Positions 37,935-47,782 of a DNA stretch of 64,000 nt are shown piece by piece. This stretch comes from a virus. A program made the translations under genes and the position numbers. The first letter of the stretch is position 1. Each line of letters starts with the position of its first letter. The DNA lies in the IMG/VR virus record IMGVR_UViG_3300022602_000038, positions 76,721-140,720 of that record; one strand, given 5' to 3'. The notes beneath the pieces were generated by a model. That model was given only the letters and a program-made list of their open reading frames with translations, did no database searches and had not been told where the DNA came from.

Positions 37935-38231
37935 TCATGATTTTAACACCTCTCTCACAACTTTGCTACGGCATAAGTTAGGATTATACCGTAAAAATAG
38001 CAATAACGCTTCTCTTTCACTATCTAATTGTACCATTCTCATAAAGATCTTTTTATAGACCTTATTTTTAACAATCAATGAAAAAATTGTAACACTATTA
38101 AGTTTTTTATTATGTATAATAGAACAGAAAGAACTAAACTTAATCAATTCAAACTCTATCTCTTCATCCGTTAAAGAACTTAGCGGGTTATTAATAACTG
38201 CATCTTGTAAGGCACCAATTACACCGGACAT
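37935..38231 (-). CDS. Hypothetical protein
   Basis: 98-aa coupled ORF. Confidence 0.6.
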   Translation of the reverse strand: MSGVIGALQDAVINNPLSSLTDEEIEFELIKFSSFCSIIHNKKLNSVTIFSLIVKNKVYKKIFMRMVQLDSEREALLLFLRYNPNLCRSKVVREVLKS

Positions 38232-39142
38232 TACACTACTGAGGTTAATTGTTTAGTGAATTCCATGAATGCGTCGGTAACCTTACCGCCTGCAGCATAT
38301 TCATGTCCACCGCCTTCACAAAGCTTAGCTGATAGCTTTGAAAGATCTATTGTACAGTTCTTATTTTTTCTAAAAGAAACGTGAGAATTGTTAGGGTTAA
38401 TAAAAAATACTATATCTGAACTATGTTCTTTAATCAAATAATCACAAATTTCGTTAACAAACTTGCTTCCCATTGTACCGGTAACTTTCCAGGGTGTTTT
38501 GTTGAGATTTACAGTACCTGAAAATATTTGTAAGTTTTTTATGGTTAAATCTCTATTTGTTATATGATCTTTAATTAGATTTTTTTCCATTTGGGTAAAC
38601 TGATCAAAACCATTATAAAATCTCTCTAAAAACTTATGTGAACGAGTCTTGTCTAATGTACGCTGCGTGTTAGTATACAAACAATTTAAGTTGTAAGTTT
38701 CTTTATGCTTAAATTGATAACTGTCATAATCATCTGCTAACACTATAAACTGCCTTTGCTCAGGGGTTAATGTTAATTTATCTTTAAAATGATTATATAC
38801 TAGCTTTGCACATGAACTCGTTACAGTAATATTTGTTTTTGCGTTTTTATACTGACTCTTTACTTTTTCATGAGTAGAATGATGATCAATTATAATTGAT
38901 TTCGGGTTATCAATTAAGTCAATACAGTTGCCAGTATCTAAATCTAAAAAATAAACAGCATCGTAATTATTGATACTATCAGTTTCAGCCCATTTTAAAA
39001 ACTCTTTTCTAAAATTAGTAACAGTTACGCCTTTGAAAGGTATAGTGCCTGGTTTTGCATTTAACGCCCAATGCAGAGCAATTAGACTTGCAGTTCCGTC
39101 TAAATCTATATCTGTAAAAACGTATATATTGTTACTACTCAC
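38231..39142 (-). CDS. DHH/DHHA1 phosphoesterase
   Basis: DIDLDG, FLDL, IIDHH, SFR, GGGHEYAAGG. Confidence 0.9.
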   Translation of the reverse strand: MSSNNIYVFTDIDLDGTASLIALHWALNAKPGTIPFKGVTVTNFRKEFLKWAETDSINNYDAVYFLDLDTGNCIDLIDNPKSIIIDHHSTHEKVKSQYKNAKTNITVTSSCAKLVYNHFKDKLTLTPEQRQFIVLADDYDSYQFKHKETYNLNCLYTNTQRTLDKTRSHKFLERFYNGFDQFTQMEKNLIKDHITNRDLTIKNLQIFSGTVNLNKTPWKVTGTMGSKFVNEICDYLIKEHSSDIVFFINPNNSHVSFRKNKNCTIDLSKLSAKLCEGGGHEYAAGGKVTDAFMEFTKQLTSVV

Positions 39143-39155
39143 TATTCTATTTAAC

Positions 39156-40520
39156 TTATTTGCTTATATTTTCCAGTTTTTTTTCCAAATCATAAGCTAT
39201 ATCGGCATTTTTATCTTTTTTATATGATGTTAATCCGATATAATCACTTTCTTCTGTGAGTGTCAAGGTGTTATAATCAATTTTCATTGAAGTTGCACCG
39301 TGTTTAGGTCCTAAACGGTTTTTTATACCACCTACCTTAATATATCCTAATTCCCTGTCCTCTTCTTCTTGATGTATAGACCAAACTACATCTGCAGTCA
39401 TTGCAACACCAAAGGATTCAGATATTGTATCTAAACTAGGCGATTCCATACCTTCTCTATTAGTTTGAATTGCACTTACAATAGGTATATTAAAAAAATA
39501 TGTTAATGCTCTTAATTCTTCTGAATTTGCTTTGCCTTGTTCATAAGAATTTTCACCCACACTTGGTTTAAGTAGTCCAAGATAGTCTATCACGAGTATA
39601 TCCGGTTTTATCCCCTTTTTAATGAGAGACTCAATATAGCTCTTAATACCAGATACTGTAGTACTTTTAGGCGGAAATTCCTTAATGATTAACTTGTGTT
39701 TTCTTTGTTCTACTACTCCCTTTAAATACGTTTCCAACGAATCAATATTAGTTTGAAGATCTTTCATTGGAATTTTAGAAAGGTGGCTACTAATTCTCTT
39801 AGCATACATAATTTCAGGCATTTCTAAAGTAATAAGAACTGTTGTAAGTCCTTTTTCAGCCATATTACTTGCAACATTACCTAAAAATATACTTTTACCG
39901 ACGTTAGTAGGTCCAAGAAATAAATAAAGTGCTCTTCCGTTTTTAGATAAACCACCGCCAATATTTGAATCAATAAAATCCCAACCGGTAGGTATTACTT
40001 CATTGTGTGCACCTAGCTCTTTAATAACCCTCTGGTAATCTCCATAAAAGTCTAAACCTATATCACTTACTAAACTAATATTACAAGCTTTTTCAAATAT
40101 AGTTAAAAACTTACTATAATCGGCTTTATCATTTGTAACGTCATCTACAATTTTAAGAACTGCAGAGTGTACAGCTCTTTCTTTAAAGAATACTTCTGTG
40201 TTACTAATAAGTTCATTTATGTCTCCAGTTTCTATTTGTTTATAGAAACTAAACGTTTCCTTTATTAGTTTTATGTCTTCTTCTTTGTTAAGATATGTTC
40301 TTATTTCAGTAGTAGTCGGTAACGTGTTTCTCTTTGCGTAGAAATCCTTTATTATACTGATTACTAACTTATTACCAGGTTGCTTGAAGTTTTCTGGTGT
40401 TAAATAATTGAACACTAAAGAAGTATAGTAAGAGTTTGTAAGTGCATTACATGCTACTATACTTTCAAAGTATTCAGTATTAACTTGAAGTTTGTTCTTC
40501 ATATCTTTATTATAACTCAT
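39156..40520 (-). CDS. Replicative DnaB-like helicase (gp41)
   Basis: GPTNVGKS, ITLEM, IIKEFP, VIDYL, QTNR, ISES.G...TAD, KNR. Confidence 0.95.
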   Translation of the reverse strand: MSYNKDMKNKLQVNTEYFESIVACNALTNSYYTSLVFNYLTPENFKQPGNKLVISIIKDFYAKRNTLPTTTEIRTYLNKEEDIKLIKETFSFYKQIETGDINELISNTEVFFKERAVHSAVLKIVDDVTNDKADYSKFLTIFEKACNISLVSDIGLDFYGDYQRVIKELGAHNEVIPTGWDFIDSNIGGGLSKNGRALYLFLGPTNVGKSIFLGNVASNMAEKGLTTVLITLEMPEIMYAKRISSHLSKIPMKDLQTNIDSLETYLKGVVEQRKHKLIIKEFPPKSTTVSGIKSYIESLIKKGIKPDILVIDYLGLLKPSVGENSYEQGKANSEELRALTYFFNIPIVSAIQTNREGMESPSLDTISESFGVAMTADVVWSIHQEEEDRELGYIKVGGIKNRLGPKHGATSMKIDYNTLTLTEESDYIGLTSYKKDKNADIAYDLEKKLENISK

Positions 40521-40525
40521 ATTAT

Positions 40526-40557
40526 AAAAAAAGCTAAGGTTGCCCTTAGCTTTTTTT
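40526..40557. terminator. Intrinsic terminator after uvsX
   Basis: A7-GCTAAGG-ttgc-CCTTAGC-T7. Confidence 0.85.
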
Positions 40558-40560
40558 GTT

Positions 40561-41700
40561 TTATTCTGTAGTTTCTTCTAACGGTTCGTCAGGCACTACA
40601 TCTAACGCCCCACCATACCGTACCTTTTCTTTAAGAGTTTCTTCTAAAGCTGGTATAACCTTCTTTTCCCAAAACTCTGTATCGTTTTCCCAAGTTTTAG
40701 CATAACCGATCTTTTCACCGTTAAATTGAAAAGTAGAACCGGTTTGCTGAATTACACCGAATGCAACTGCCATATCTTTAAGACCTGCATAACGACTTAA
40801 TCCTGTACGGAAATTGTTATACAGTTCTGCCTTTAAGAAAGGAGGTGCAAAACGGTTTTTTACAGTCATAGCCGAAAGTGTAACACCACTTACATTATGA
40901 GCTACCGCGATTGCTTCTTCACCTTCGTTTTTATCAATCTTCTCGTTTCGAGTCGCAAGCTGTACCAACAAAGAAGCAAGATAAATAGGGCCACTACCAC
41001 CGGATTGTTTTTTAACCAATTCAGGATATAAGGATGTCGGGTTGTCATAAATGTGATTAGTGAACAAAATAGGCACACGAGCTTTAGCTGCTTTAAACGT
41101 AAGTGCACGCATCATGGACTTCATAGCTTTAGCTTTTGTACCCATATCTGCTGCATCCTTACCTTCAGTAACATCTCGAAGCTCTTTAGCACTTGCTAAA
41201 TTACCAAGACTATCAATAGCAATGATAACCTTTAGATCAGGATCATTAGCTGCAATAATTTTATCTAAGAATGTAGCGATTTGATTACGACAATCTTCTA
41301 CTGTTTCAACAGGATAATACTTAAGACGTTTAGGGTCAACGCCTACTCCTTCTGCAGATTGCCTATCTACAGCTGCTTCTGTGTCCCATACAGCTGCAAA
41401 ATAACCTTTCTTTTGTGCATTAGCAATGATCTTATTAACAATGAGTGTCTTACCTGCACCGGAAGGACCGGAGAAACCAGTAACCCTACCAACAGGAATA
41501 CCCTTATATAAAGATCCAGAAAAAATAGCATTAAGCGCATAAGAACCTGTATCAATCCAGTCACCTACAATAGATAATGAATTATCCTCAGAAAGCATAG
41601 ATGCATCTGTATTAAGTGCATCTACTGCTTCAAAGATATCTTTTAACGAAGAAACCTTAGTCTCTTCGTTATTGTTTTCTGTACGTGGTTTACGTGCCAT
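40561..41700 (-). CDS. uvsX: RecA-like recombinase UvsX
   Basis: IDTGSYALN, GPSGAGKT, DTE, IDSLGNL, NHIY, SGG.G, KNR. Confidence 0.95.
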   Translation of the reverse strand: MARKPRTENNNEETKVSSLKDIFEAVDALNTDASMLSEDNSLSIVGDWIDTGSYALNAIFSGSLYKGIPVGRVTGFSGPSGAGKTLIVNKIIANAQKKGYFAAVWDTEAAVDRQSAEGVGVDPKRLKYYPVETVEDCRNQIATFLDKIIAANDPDLKVIIAIDSLGNLASAKELRDVTEGKDAADMGTKAKAMKSMMRALTFKAAKARVPILFTNHIYDNPTSLYPELVKKQSGGSGPIYLASLLVQLATRNEKIDKNEGEEAIAVAHNVSGVTLSAMTVKNRFAPPFLKAELYNNFRTGLSRYAGLKDMAVAFGVIQQTGSTFQFNGEKIGYAKTWENDTEFWEKKVIPALEETLKEKVRYGGALDVVPDEPLEETTE

Positions 41701-41705
41701 ATAGA

Positions 41706-42050
41706 TTAGCTTTTGTCGTCAGCGTCAAAAAGCTTAATAGTAGGAGCTGCTGTATCAGCAGGCTTAAACATTTCTATGTATTGTGCAACAAGATTTGCTT
41801 CTAGTTCAATATTTGAAGCAATAGCTACATTTTCTAAACTATAAGTCCAGTTTGGTGCAACGTCTCTGTTCTTTAAGAATTCCCTAAAAAGTAGAGGGTA
41901 GAGCTGTACTTGTAATTTCTTTTCATTAGTAGGAGCTACGTTTAAGATAGCTGGCTTAGTAATGGTTAAGGTAGTATCAGTCTGTTCTACTAAGGTAGCA
42001 ACAATAGTGCGTTGAATATTATCAAGAAAAACAATAATTTTTGGTTCCAT
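41706..42050 (-). CDS. Hypothetical protein (possible Sm-like fold)
   Basis: IVATL...LTITKPA.L...QLYP pattern; own TTGATT...TATAAT promoter. Confidence 0.55.
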   Translation of the reverse strand: MEPKIIVFLDNIQRTIVATLVEQTDTTLTITKPAILNVAPTNEKKLQVQLYPLLFREFLKNRDVAPNWTYSLENVAIASNIELEANLVAQYIEMFKPADTAAPTIKLFDADDKS

Positions 42051-42086
42051 AAAGTTATATTATATGATATTTTAATTTAATCAAGG

Positions 42087-43013
42087 TTATTGACGAGGAA
42101 ATTTATGATAAAGAGCTTTAGGATTAACTAAATTACTATCCAATAAATCTTTGTGAGATGCTCTAGTAGGTACAATATCCCAACCGCCACGACGAGCGTA
42201 AAAACATGTTACTAAAAGCTCTTGTGGTTCTAGTAAGTCCCAAAGACGCTTATAAGCGGCTTCGCAAATTTCTTCATGAAAATGGCACTCATTACGTAAT
42301 GAAACAACCCATTCAAGTAAAGAATTTTCGTTGACTGCTTTATTCCCTTTATAATAGATATAAATGTCTCCGGAATCTGGCTGCTTGGTGATCTTACAAT
42401 TAGAACGTAAAAGAGAGCTCATATAATGACCCTCTACAGTACCTACTGATTTATTATTAATTTTTAATAAATCTGGTGTTTCGTTAAACACTGTAAATTT
42501 AAGCTTTTCTGCTTTAGGTATATTTTCAAGTACGGTCCAACCATAAGGTTCTTCAGTATTATATACATCAAAGAGTCTATTATCAAAATGTTCTTTACTC
42601 AGTAATTGAGAGAACAGTTCTACCTTTACATTCGTTTCAAGTAATAAAGAAAGGTCCTTCTCTGCTGTCTTTTTAATGTTCTTAAGTACTTGAGCACTGG
42701 TTTTACCCATATGCTGCATATTAAATGAATTCCAGTAAAGTTTCATTGATTTAGATTCTACAATGAAATCATTTGTACAAGGATATACTACTTTTGCAAC
42801 ACAAGTAACAGGCAAGCCTTTATCTGTTAATGCACTACATTCATAGCCGTTCCAAATATCATAACCTACAAACGGTAGGTCTTTATTCTTAAGATCGAGG
42901 TACGTACGATTGCGTTGACGTTCTTCTCGAACCAATATTTCAGGTGTATAAGTAGTTGGAGAATCTACTCTTTGTCCAAGTACTTTGTCAATATTATTAG
43001 TGTTATAGCTCAT
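42087..43013 (-). CDS. queF: preQ0 reductase QueF (bimodular type)
   Basis: DIWNGYE, VESKSMKLYWNSFN, LRSNCKITKQPD (catalytic Cys), FHEEICE, YARRGG. Confidence 0.95.
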   Translation of the reverse strand: MSYNTNNIDKVLGQRVDSPTTYTPEILVREERQRNRTYLDLKNKDLPFVGYDIWNGYECSALTDKGLPVTCVAKVVYPCTNDFIVESKSMKLYWNSFNMQHMGKTSAQVLKNIKKTAEKDLSLLLETNVKVELFSQLLSKEHFDNRLFDVYNTEEPYGWTVLENIPKAEKLKFTVFNETPDLLKINNKSVGTVEGHYMSSLLRSNCKITKQPDSGDIYIYYKGNKAVNENSLLEWVVSLRNECHFHEEICEAAYKRLWDLLEPQELLVTCFYARRGGWDIVPTRASHKDLLDSNLVNPKALYHKFPRQ

Positions 43014-43578
43014 TTGTAAAATCTTTTTGTATTTCAGTAATTACTTTGTTAACTCTTTCTTCAACAGTACCCATCACATAAACAAGTTTATCTGTAGGCA
43101 TTGAGTGATGTTTGATATAAAAATCAAATTGTTTTACCACTCCATCAAAAAACTCTCTACCTGTACTTCTTTCCCCATCGTCTTTTAAATCAAGTTCAGG
43201 TACAATATAGAAAATCTTATCATAGGTCTTTATTAATTGTTCATAGATGCTTAGGGCAGCTTGATATATCTCCTTGTTAATTTGACCCTTTTCATAAAAA
43301 TATGAAGTGTAGGATATACCATCTAAAGCACCTCTATCTAATACCCAGTTACCTGGAGTTAAAGCAAATTCTAAGTGTCTAGCCATCACCAAGTATTGCG
43401 TTAAAGATGTACCTCCTTCATTAATAGGTACATTTAAATCTTTTAAACCTCTAGTTAAATTAGTTCTAAATGAAAAATGATTGTCGTCTAAAAACAATTC
43501 ATTCTTTAGAGCTTTTACTAAAGTAGTTTTACCTTGTGAATGAGCGCCACATATAGCAGCTTTATAATTAGTTCTCAT
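43003..43578 (-). CDS. P-loop nucleotide monophosphate kinase-like protein (AAA_28/NadR-like)
   Basis: GAHSQGKTT, LDRGALD...Y, DDGER. Confidence 0.75.
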   Translation of the reverse strand: MRTNYKAAICGAHSQGKTTLVKALKNELFLDDNHFSFRTNLTRGLKDLNVPINEGGTSLTQYLVMARHLEFALTPGNWVLDRGALDGISYTSYFYEKGQINKEIYQAALSIYEQLIKTYDKIFYIVPELDLKDDGERSTGREFFDGVVKQFDFYIKHHSMPTDKLVYVMGTVEERVNKVITEIQKDFTNEL

Positions 43579-44159
43579 AGTTTATTATTTAATATTTTAT
43601 TCTTCATAAACGCAACCCAATTATTAATTGCAAGTTTATGTAAATCCTCAATAAATAAATCCAAACTTTTAAAATCCGTATACAAATCTTCTGTTTTAAA
43701 ACTTGTCTCTGAAACGACCCTACCAGCATCTACTTCTGGTATAACTTCATGAATAACATGTCCATGTACATTATACTTTTTTGTGGGGTATGTTTGCCAC
43801 ACTTTAGCTTGTGGATCTTTACCTTTTAATTCAGGAAATTTAGTAATAAGACCAGGGTGACCGTTATATATTTTAAATTTACTGCATATCTCTGGTGGTA
43901 CAATACGAAGAAACCCGTGTAATGTAATTATATCAGTAAATTTAATAGCTTCTCTATATTCTTGTACAGTTGGCTTTTTAGGTATAAAAATAAAACGATC
44001 AAAACATCTTTCAAGAAATTTTGGGTTAATTTTATCTAAATCTTCAAAGCTTTTATTAGTAATAATTGCATCTGGAAATCGCCCTATCTTTGTAGATAGT
44101 TCATATATCTCAGAACCACTCTGAGAAAAAAATGCTTTCCAGATTATATTGCGTTTCAT
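43575..44159 (-). CDS. PurN-like formyltransferase (candidate DpdN)
   Basis: FFSQSGSE, LHGFLRIVP, YNGHPG, HEVIPEVDAG. Confidence 0.85.
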   Translation of the reverse strand: MKRNIIWKAFFSQSGSEIYELSTKIGRFPDAIITNKSFEDLDKINPKFLERCFDRFIFIPKKPTVQEYREAIKFTDIITLHGFLRIVPPEICSKFKIYNGHPGLITKFPELKGKDPQAKVWQTYPTKKYNVHGHVIHEVIPEVDAGRVVSETSFKTEDLYTDFKSLDLFIEDLHKLAINNWVAFMKNKILNNKL

Positions 44160-44386
44160 ATATTTAAGCGAAACCCTATTGTATTATCACTAAAAAAAAT
44201 TACAAGGGTAAAATCAACAATACCGTGTTTTATTAGGTAAGGTTTAACATCAGATAGTTCTTTTACTGGGAGTTCACAATTACGAATACAATCCCAAAAA
44301 TAATAATTCCGAACAGAAACATTATCTGCCAAGAGGTGGGGGTAATTTGCATGAACAGAATTAGTTATAGCTTCTAAAGTTGTCAT
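44156..44386 (-). CDS. Small hypothetical protein within the deazaguanine module
   Basis: 76 aa, ATGA-coupled on both sides. Confidence 0.65.
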   Translation of the reverse strand: MTTLEAITNSVHANYPHLLADNVSVRNYYFWDCIRNCELPVKELSDVKPYLIKHGIVDFTLVIFFSDNTIGFRLNI

Positions 44387-45189
44387 CCATTAACGTAATT
44401 TCTAAACTCAATTAAATTACTTGCAATGATTCTTTCTTGTATTGTGTCTGGTACTACATCTAACAGATCTACAAGCTTAGTAGACTCTTTTTTCCAGTTA
44501 CCTATTGCGTCAGTGTATCTTATTCTTTTAATACCATGAACAATAGGAGATGATGTATCTAATGTTTCGATCCAATTATATTCAGGACCTTGATAGAAAC
44601 TAAACTCTCTCGGGTGAGCACAACCTAGTAAGTGATGAGGTTTGTCTTTATTAATAATACCATCGTTCATTAATTGGGTGAGTGTTATTACTCTACCCAT
44701 CATATAAGATACCCACTTGTTAGGGTGCGGAAATAGTTTAAGATAATAAGAGTAATCGAACGATATAGCTAATTTATCTACATCAATTTCTTGATCTAAA
44801 GTTACATAACATTTAACTAACTCTGCATAAGTTTTACCTTGTACAACACCGATAGTTTTAGAGTTATTAAGAAAATCCCACTCTCTCCATAGACATTTCT
44901 TAGCAGATTCAATTGTACCGTTACAATCTTCTAATACATCTGGTATAATATATTCAGTGGGATTAAGCTTTTCTATCCAGTAAGCATAACGTTTAGAATC
45001 AAAAGCTGTACCTAATTCAAATATAGAGTTATCTAATAGAACATGTCTACCTTGTTCTAAACTATCTACAAAGAAGGAATAATAATCAGCATGATGTTCA
45101 AATAAATGCACTAATGCATAATCATAATCGTTGTATGTACGAGACATCTCGAGCATACTTAAAGGAGATTCGTGAGAAATTTTAATCAT
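44383..45189 (-). CDS. Divergent TGT-like guanine transglycosylase (candidate DpdA3-type)
   Basis: LLDNSIFE, IIPDV, GVVQG, HHLLG, LDTSSP match the order of TGT/DpdA barrel motifs; next to polB and QueF. Confidence 0.7.
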   Translation of the reverse strand: MIKISHESPLSMLEMSRTYNDYDYALVHLFEHHADYYSFFVDSLEQGRHVLLDNSIFELGTAFDSKRYAYWIEKLNPTEYIIPDVLEDCNGTIESAKKCLWREWDFLNNSKTIGVVQGKTYAELVKCYVTLDQEIDVDKLAISFDYSYYLKLFPHPNKWVSYMMGRVITLTQLMNDGIINKDKPHHLLGCAHPREFSFYQGPEYNWIETLDTSSPIVHGIKRIRYTDAIGNWKKESTKLVDLLDVVPDTIQERIIASNLIEFRNYVNG

Positions 45190-47750
45190 GAGAATAAATT
45201 AAATAAGTCTGTTTGTACTTCGCTATTAGTTTGTGGTAATTGCCAGTTAAGAGCGTCATATACAGCTTTAACTGGTGGTGTTATAATAGTATCGAACATT
45301 TCTTGATAATCAACTTGAAAATCGTTTAATTCCGGTGGAAAAGTACCTGTATAACATAGAGTATCAATATTATACTTGTTACCTGCAATGTAAATTTTCT
45401 TTACTTTACCGCCAGATGTAATTCTTTCGTACTTGTTTTCAAGATTTCTATGTTTTAATAGCTGATTATACCAAATAGCACCTTTTACGTGATTTGGAGT
45501 ACCTTTTGATATTTTAAATCCTTCAGCCTTGACTTCATGCTTTTCAATATCACTTAAACCGCCTCTAATAGCGATATCATCAGTAGAAAGCTTCTTAAAC
45601 GTATCGTAAACCTCTCTATATAGAGTATTAGCTTTATTATGATCTTGACCTAACAAACTATTTTCAATGACTCGCTTAATAAGTTCTTTAGCTTTTTTAG
45701 GTGTAGTAGAACGTGCAATTTCAACTCCAACGTATTTAAACTTATTAACATCAGCACCTTCATCGTTTAATACGTGTATAATATAACGTTTCTTTTGTAG
45801 GTAAACACCTACATCACAAATAGATTCTCTCTTAAAAAAGTAACGAGGGTCAATAGATTTAAACTCAGATGCAGACCATTTCTTAATCTCACTATTTAAA
45901 TATGTACCTATTTCTTTATCTATCAGGTTTAATCCCTCTGGGGTTACTTTACCCTCAGCAAATAGCTTTATCTTAAGCTTATCAACAATTGGTTGAATAG
46001 TAACATGAGTACTGTCAGTGTCACCATATATATTAAGAGAAACGTCAACTCCGTATTGCTCTTTAGCATATGTATCAAGGATAACACCTGCTTGTTTAAC
46101 CACCGACTGACCAGTAAGAGTAATGCTACCGGCGTGATCACTATCACAAATAGGGCTAAACTTATTAGCAAAAACACCGTAGATAGAATTAAGAAGAATC
46201 TTAATGACGTGCTGTATGGTGTCAGCTCGTTCCATATTAGACTTACACGTTTTGTACTCATCTGTATTTGGGGTTAATTTACTTAGCTTCTTTTTATAGT
46301 CTATATACTCATTTTTGTTTTTTACACGTTCACTGTAAAGACCATCAATTAAAGATGGTACAACACCTTTTTTCTTTTGAGTATACAGTACACCTGCTTT
46401 AGATATAGCTAGCTTTTCAACTTCTAAAAACCTATCAAACTTACTAGCAGTTATTTCATGAGTATTACCGCTAGCTGTAAGCAACGTAACTGTTTCATCT
46501 GTACGCTTTAATATCTTACCCATTTTAGTTTCAGGTGATATATTAAGAGTAATAATGGTATTAGGATATAGAGAGTTAGCATCATAACTAACAATAGAAG
46601 TTTTTAAACCTCTTTCTGGTTCTCTTACATAACCGCCGTCAATTTCATCTCTTAGTGGTCCGCCCACGAAAGTTGGTATAATCATGCCGTGTTTATAAGC
46701 TTCTAACGCAACACAACCAGTAACAATAGATACCTTACCTAAAGCAGCTTCAAAACTTGTTAGTCCTTTTGTCGCTAACATGCGAATGATTTTAAAGAGC
46801 TGTAATTTACGCTCCATTCTGACAAGCAGTTCAACATCTTGAATATTATAATTAACAAAGTTATTCCAATCGCTTTGAGATAAAGTAGCTAGGTTTGTAG
46901 CATTAATAGCTAGTTTACCTTCTCCGAGCTCGTGTTCTGCAACAAAGTTAAGAGAGTATGATTCAAGTAATTGACGTGAGAATCCCTTATACACTTCAAG
47001 ATAATCCATAGCTGCAATGCCATGTATGTACCACTTATCTAATTTCTGTCCTTTAACAAATATCCCCTCTCTACACCATACGCTATTTACAGGTGATAAT
47101 CTCTTAGCTGCACCATCTCCGAAGATACTTGTAAGACGATTAATAATGTAAGGAAAGTCGAAAAAGTCTGTATTCCAACCAGTAAGAATATCTGGGTAAT
47201 TATCGTCTTTTTCAAAGAATTCGATAAACTTACTGAGCATATCTACTTCGTTTTTACATAATGTGTAAATTACATTCTTTCTGTCAGTACTGTACGGACT
47301 ACATCCCCAAGTATAAAAATTTTCAGATAGATTATCGTAAACTGTTATAAGATTAATAGGGTGCTTAGCGTCTTTAGCTTCCGGAAATTCATCTGGAGAA
47401 TAAACTTCAATATCTAAGAAAAATATCTTAAGTGGAAACTTAGTAAACTCAGGTTTATCGTATTCGTCTTTAAACGTATCTATAAGAAACTGCTGTTCTA
47501 CTTGAATGTTGTGGTATAGTCGCTTAATAGCGCCATCTTGAGACGCTCTATTACGTTCGTAGCTATTTTTATAAACCTTCTTTTTAAGTTTAGTATTAAA
47601 AATAGATAAAGCGTCAGCCGTATCAAGATTAGTTTCTATGTAGAAATAAGGTAAATGTGGTTGTTTTTTTACAACACGATTACCATTTTCATCCCATGTA
47701 AAAAGATGACAGATACTATCTTTTGAACTATAATAAACGTTTCGGTACAC
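45186..47750 (-). CDS. Family B DNA polymerase (gp43)
   Basis: LDIE, GWN...FD, YNIQD, YDANSLYP, KILLNSIYG, YGDTDS, KKRY; C-terminal QTDLFNLF clamp-binding-like tail; GTG start. Confidence 0.97.
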   Translation of the reverse strand: MYRNVYYSSKDSICHLFTWDENGNRVVKKQPHLPYFYIETNLDTADALSIFNTKLKKKVYKNSYERNRASQDGAIKRLYHNIQVEQQFLIDTFKDEYDKPEFTKFPLKIFFLDIEVYSPDEFPEAKDAKHPINLITVYDNLSENFYTWGCSPYSTDRKNVIYTLCKNEVDMLSKFIEFFEKDDNYPDILTGWNTDFFDFPYIINRLTSIFGDGAAKRLSPVNSVWCREGIFVKGQKLDKWYIHGIAAMDYLEVYKGFSRQLLESYSLNFVAEHELGEGKLAINATNLATLSQSDWNNFVNYNIQDVELLVRMERKLQLFKIIRMLATKGLTSFEAALGKVSIVTGCVALEAYKHGMIIPTFVGGPLRDEIDGGYVREPERGLKTSIVSYDANSLYPNTIITLNISPETKMGKILKRTDETVTLLTASGNTHEITASKFDRFLEVEKLAISKAGVLYTQKKKGVVPSLIDGLYSERVKNKNEYIDYKKKLSKLTPNTDEYKTCKSNMERADTIQHVIKILLNSIYGVFANKFSPICDSDHAGSITLTGQSVVKQAGVILDTYAKEQYGVDVSLNIYGDTDSTHVTIQPIVDKLKIKLFAEGKVTPEGLNLIDKEIGTYLNSEIKKWSASEFKSIDPRYFFKRESICDVGVYLQKKRYIIHVLNDEGADVNKFKYVGVEIARSTTPKKAKELIKRVIENSLLGQDHNKANTLYREVYDTFKKLSTDDIAIRGGLSDIEKHEVKAEGFKISKGTPNHVKGAIWYNQLLKHRNLENKYERITSGGKVKKIYIAGNKYNIDTLCYTGTFPPELNDFQVDYQEMFDTIITPPVKAVYDALNWQLPQTNSEVQTDLFNLFS

Positions 47751-47782
47751 AGCTTAATATTGTGGTACCATTTACCAAAATA

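Noticed and set aside
43575-44159. Ordinary purine-biosynthesis purN auxiliary gene
   Set aside because: No other pur genes in the window; coupled to QueF and TGT-like genes, so a base-modification role fits better
39156-47750. Inteins or introns in helicase, UvsX or polymerase
   Set aside because: Lengths are normal, motifs are contiguous and no splice-junction signatures were seen
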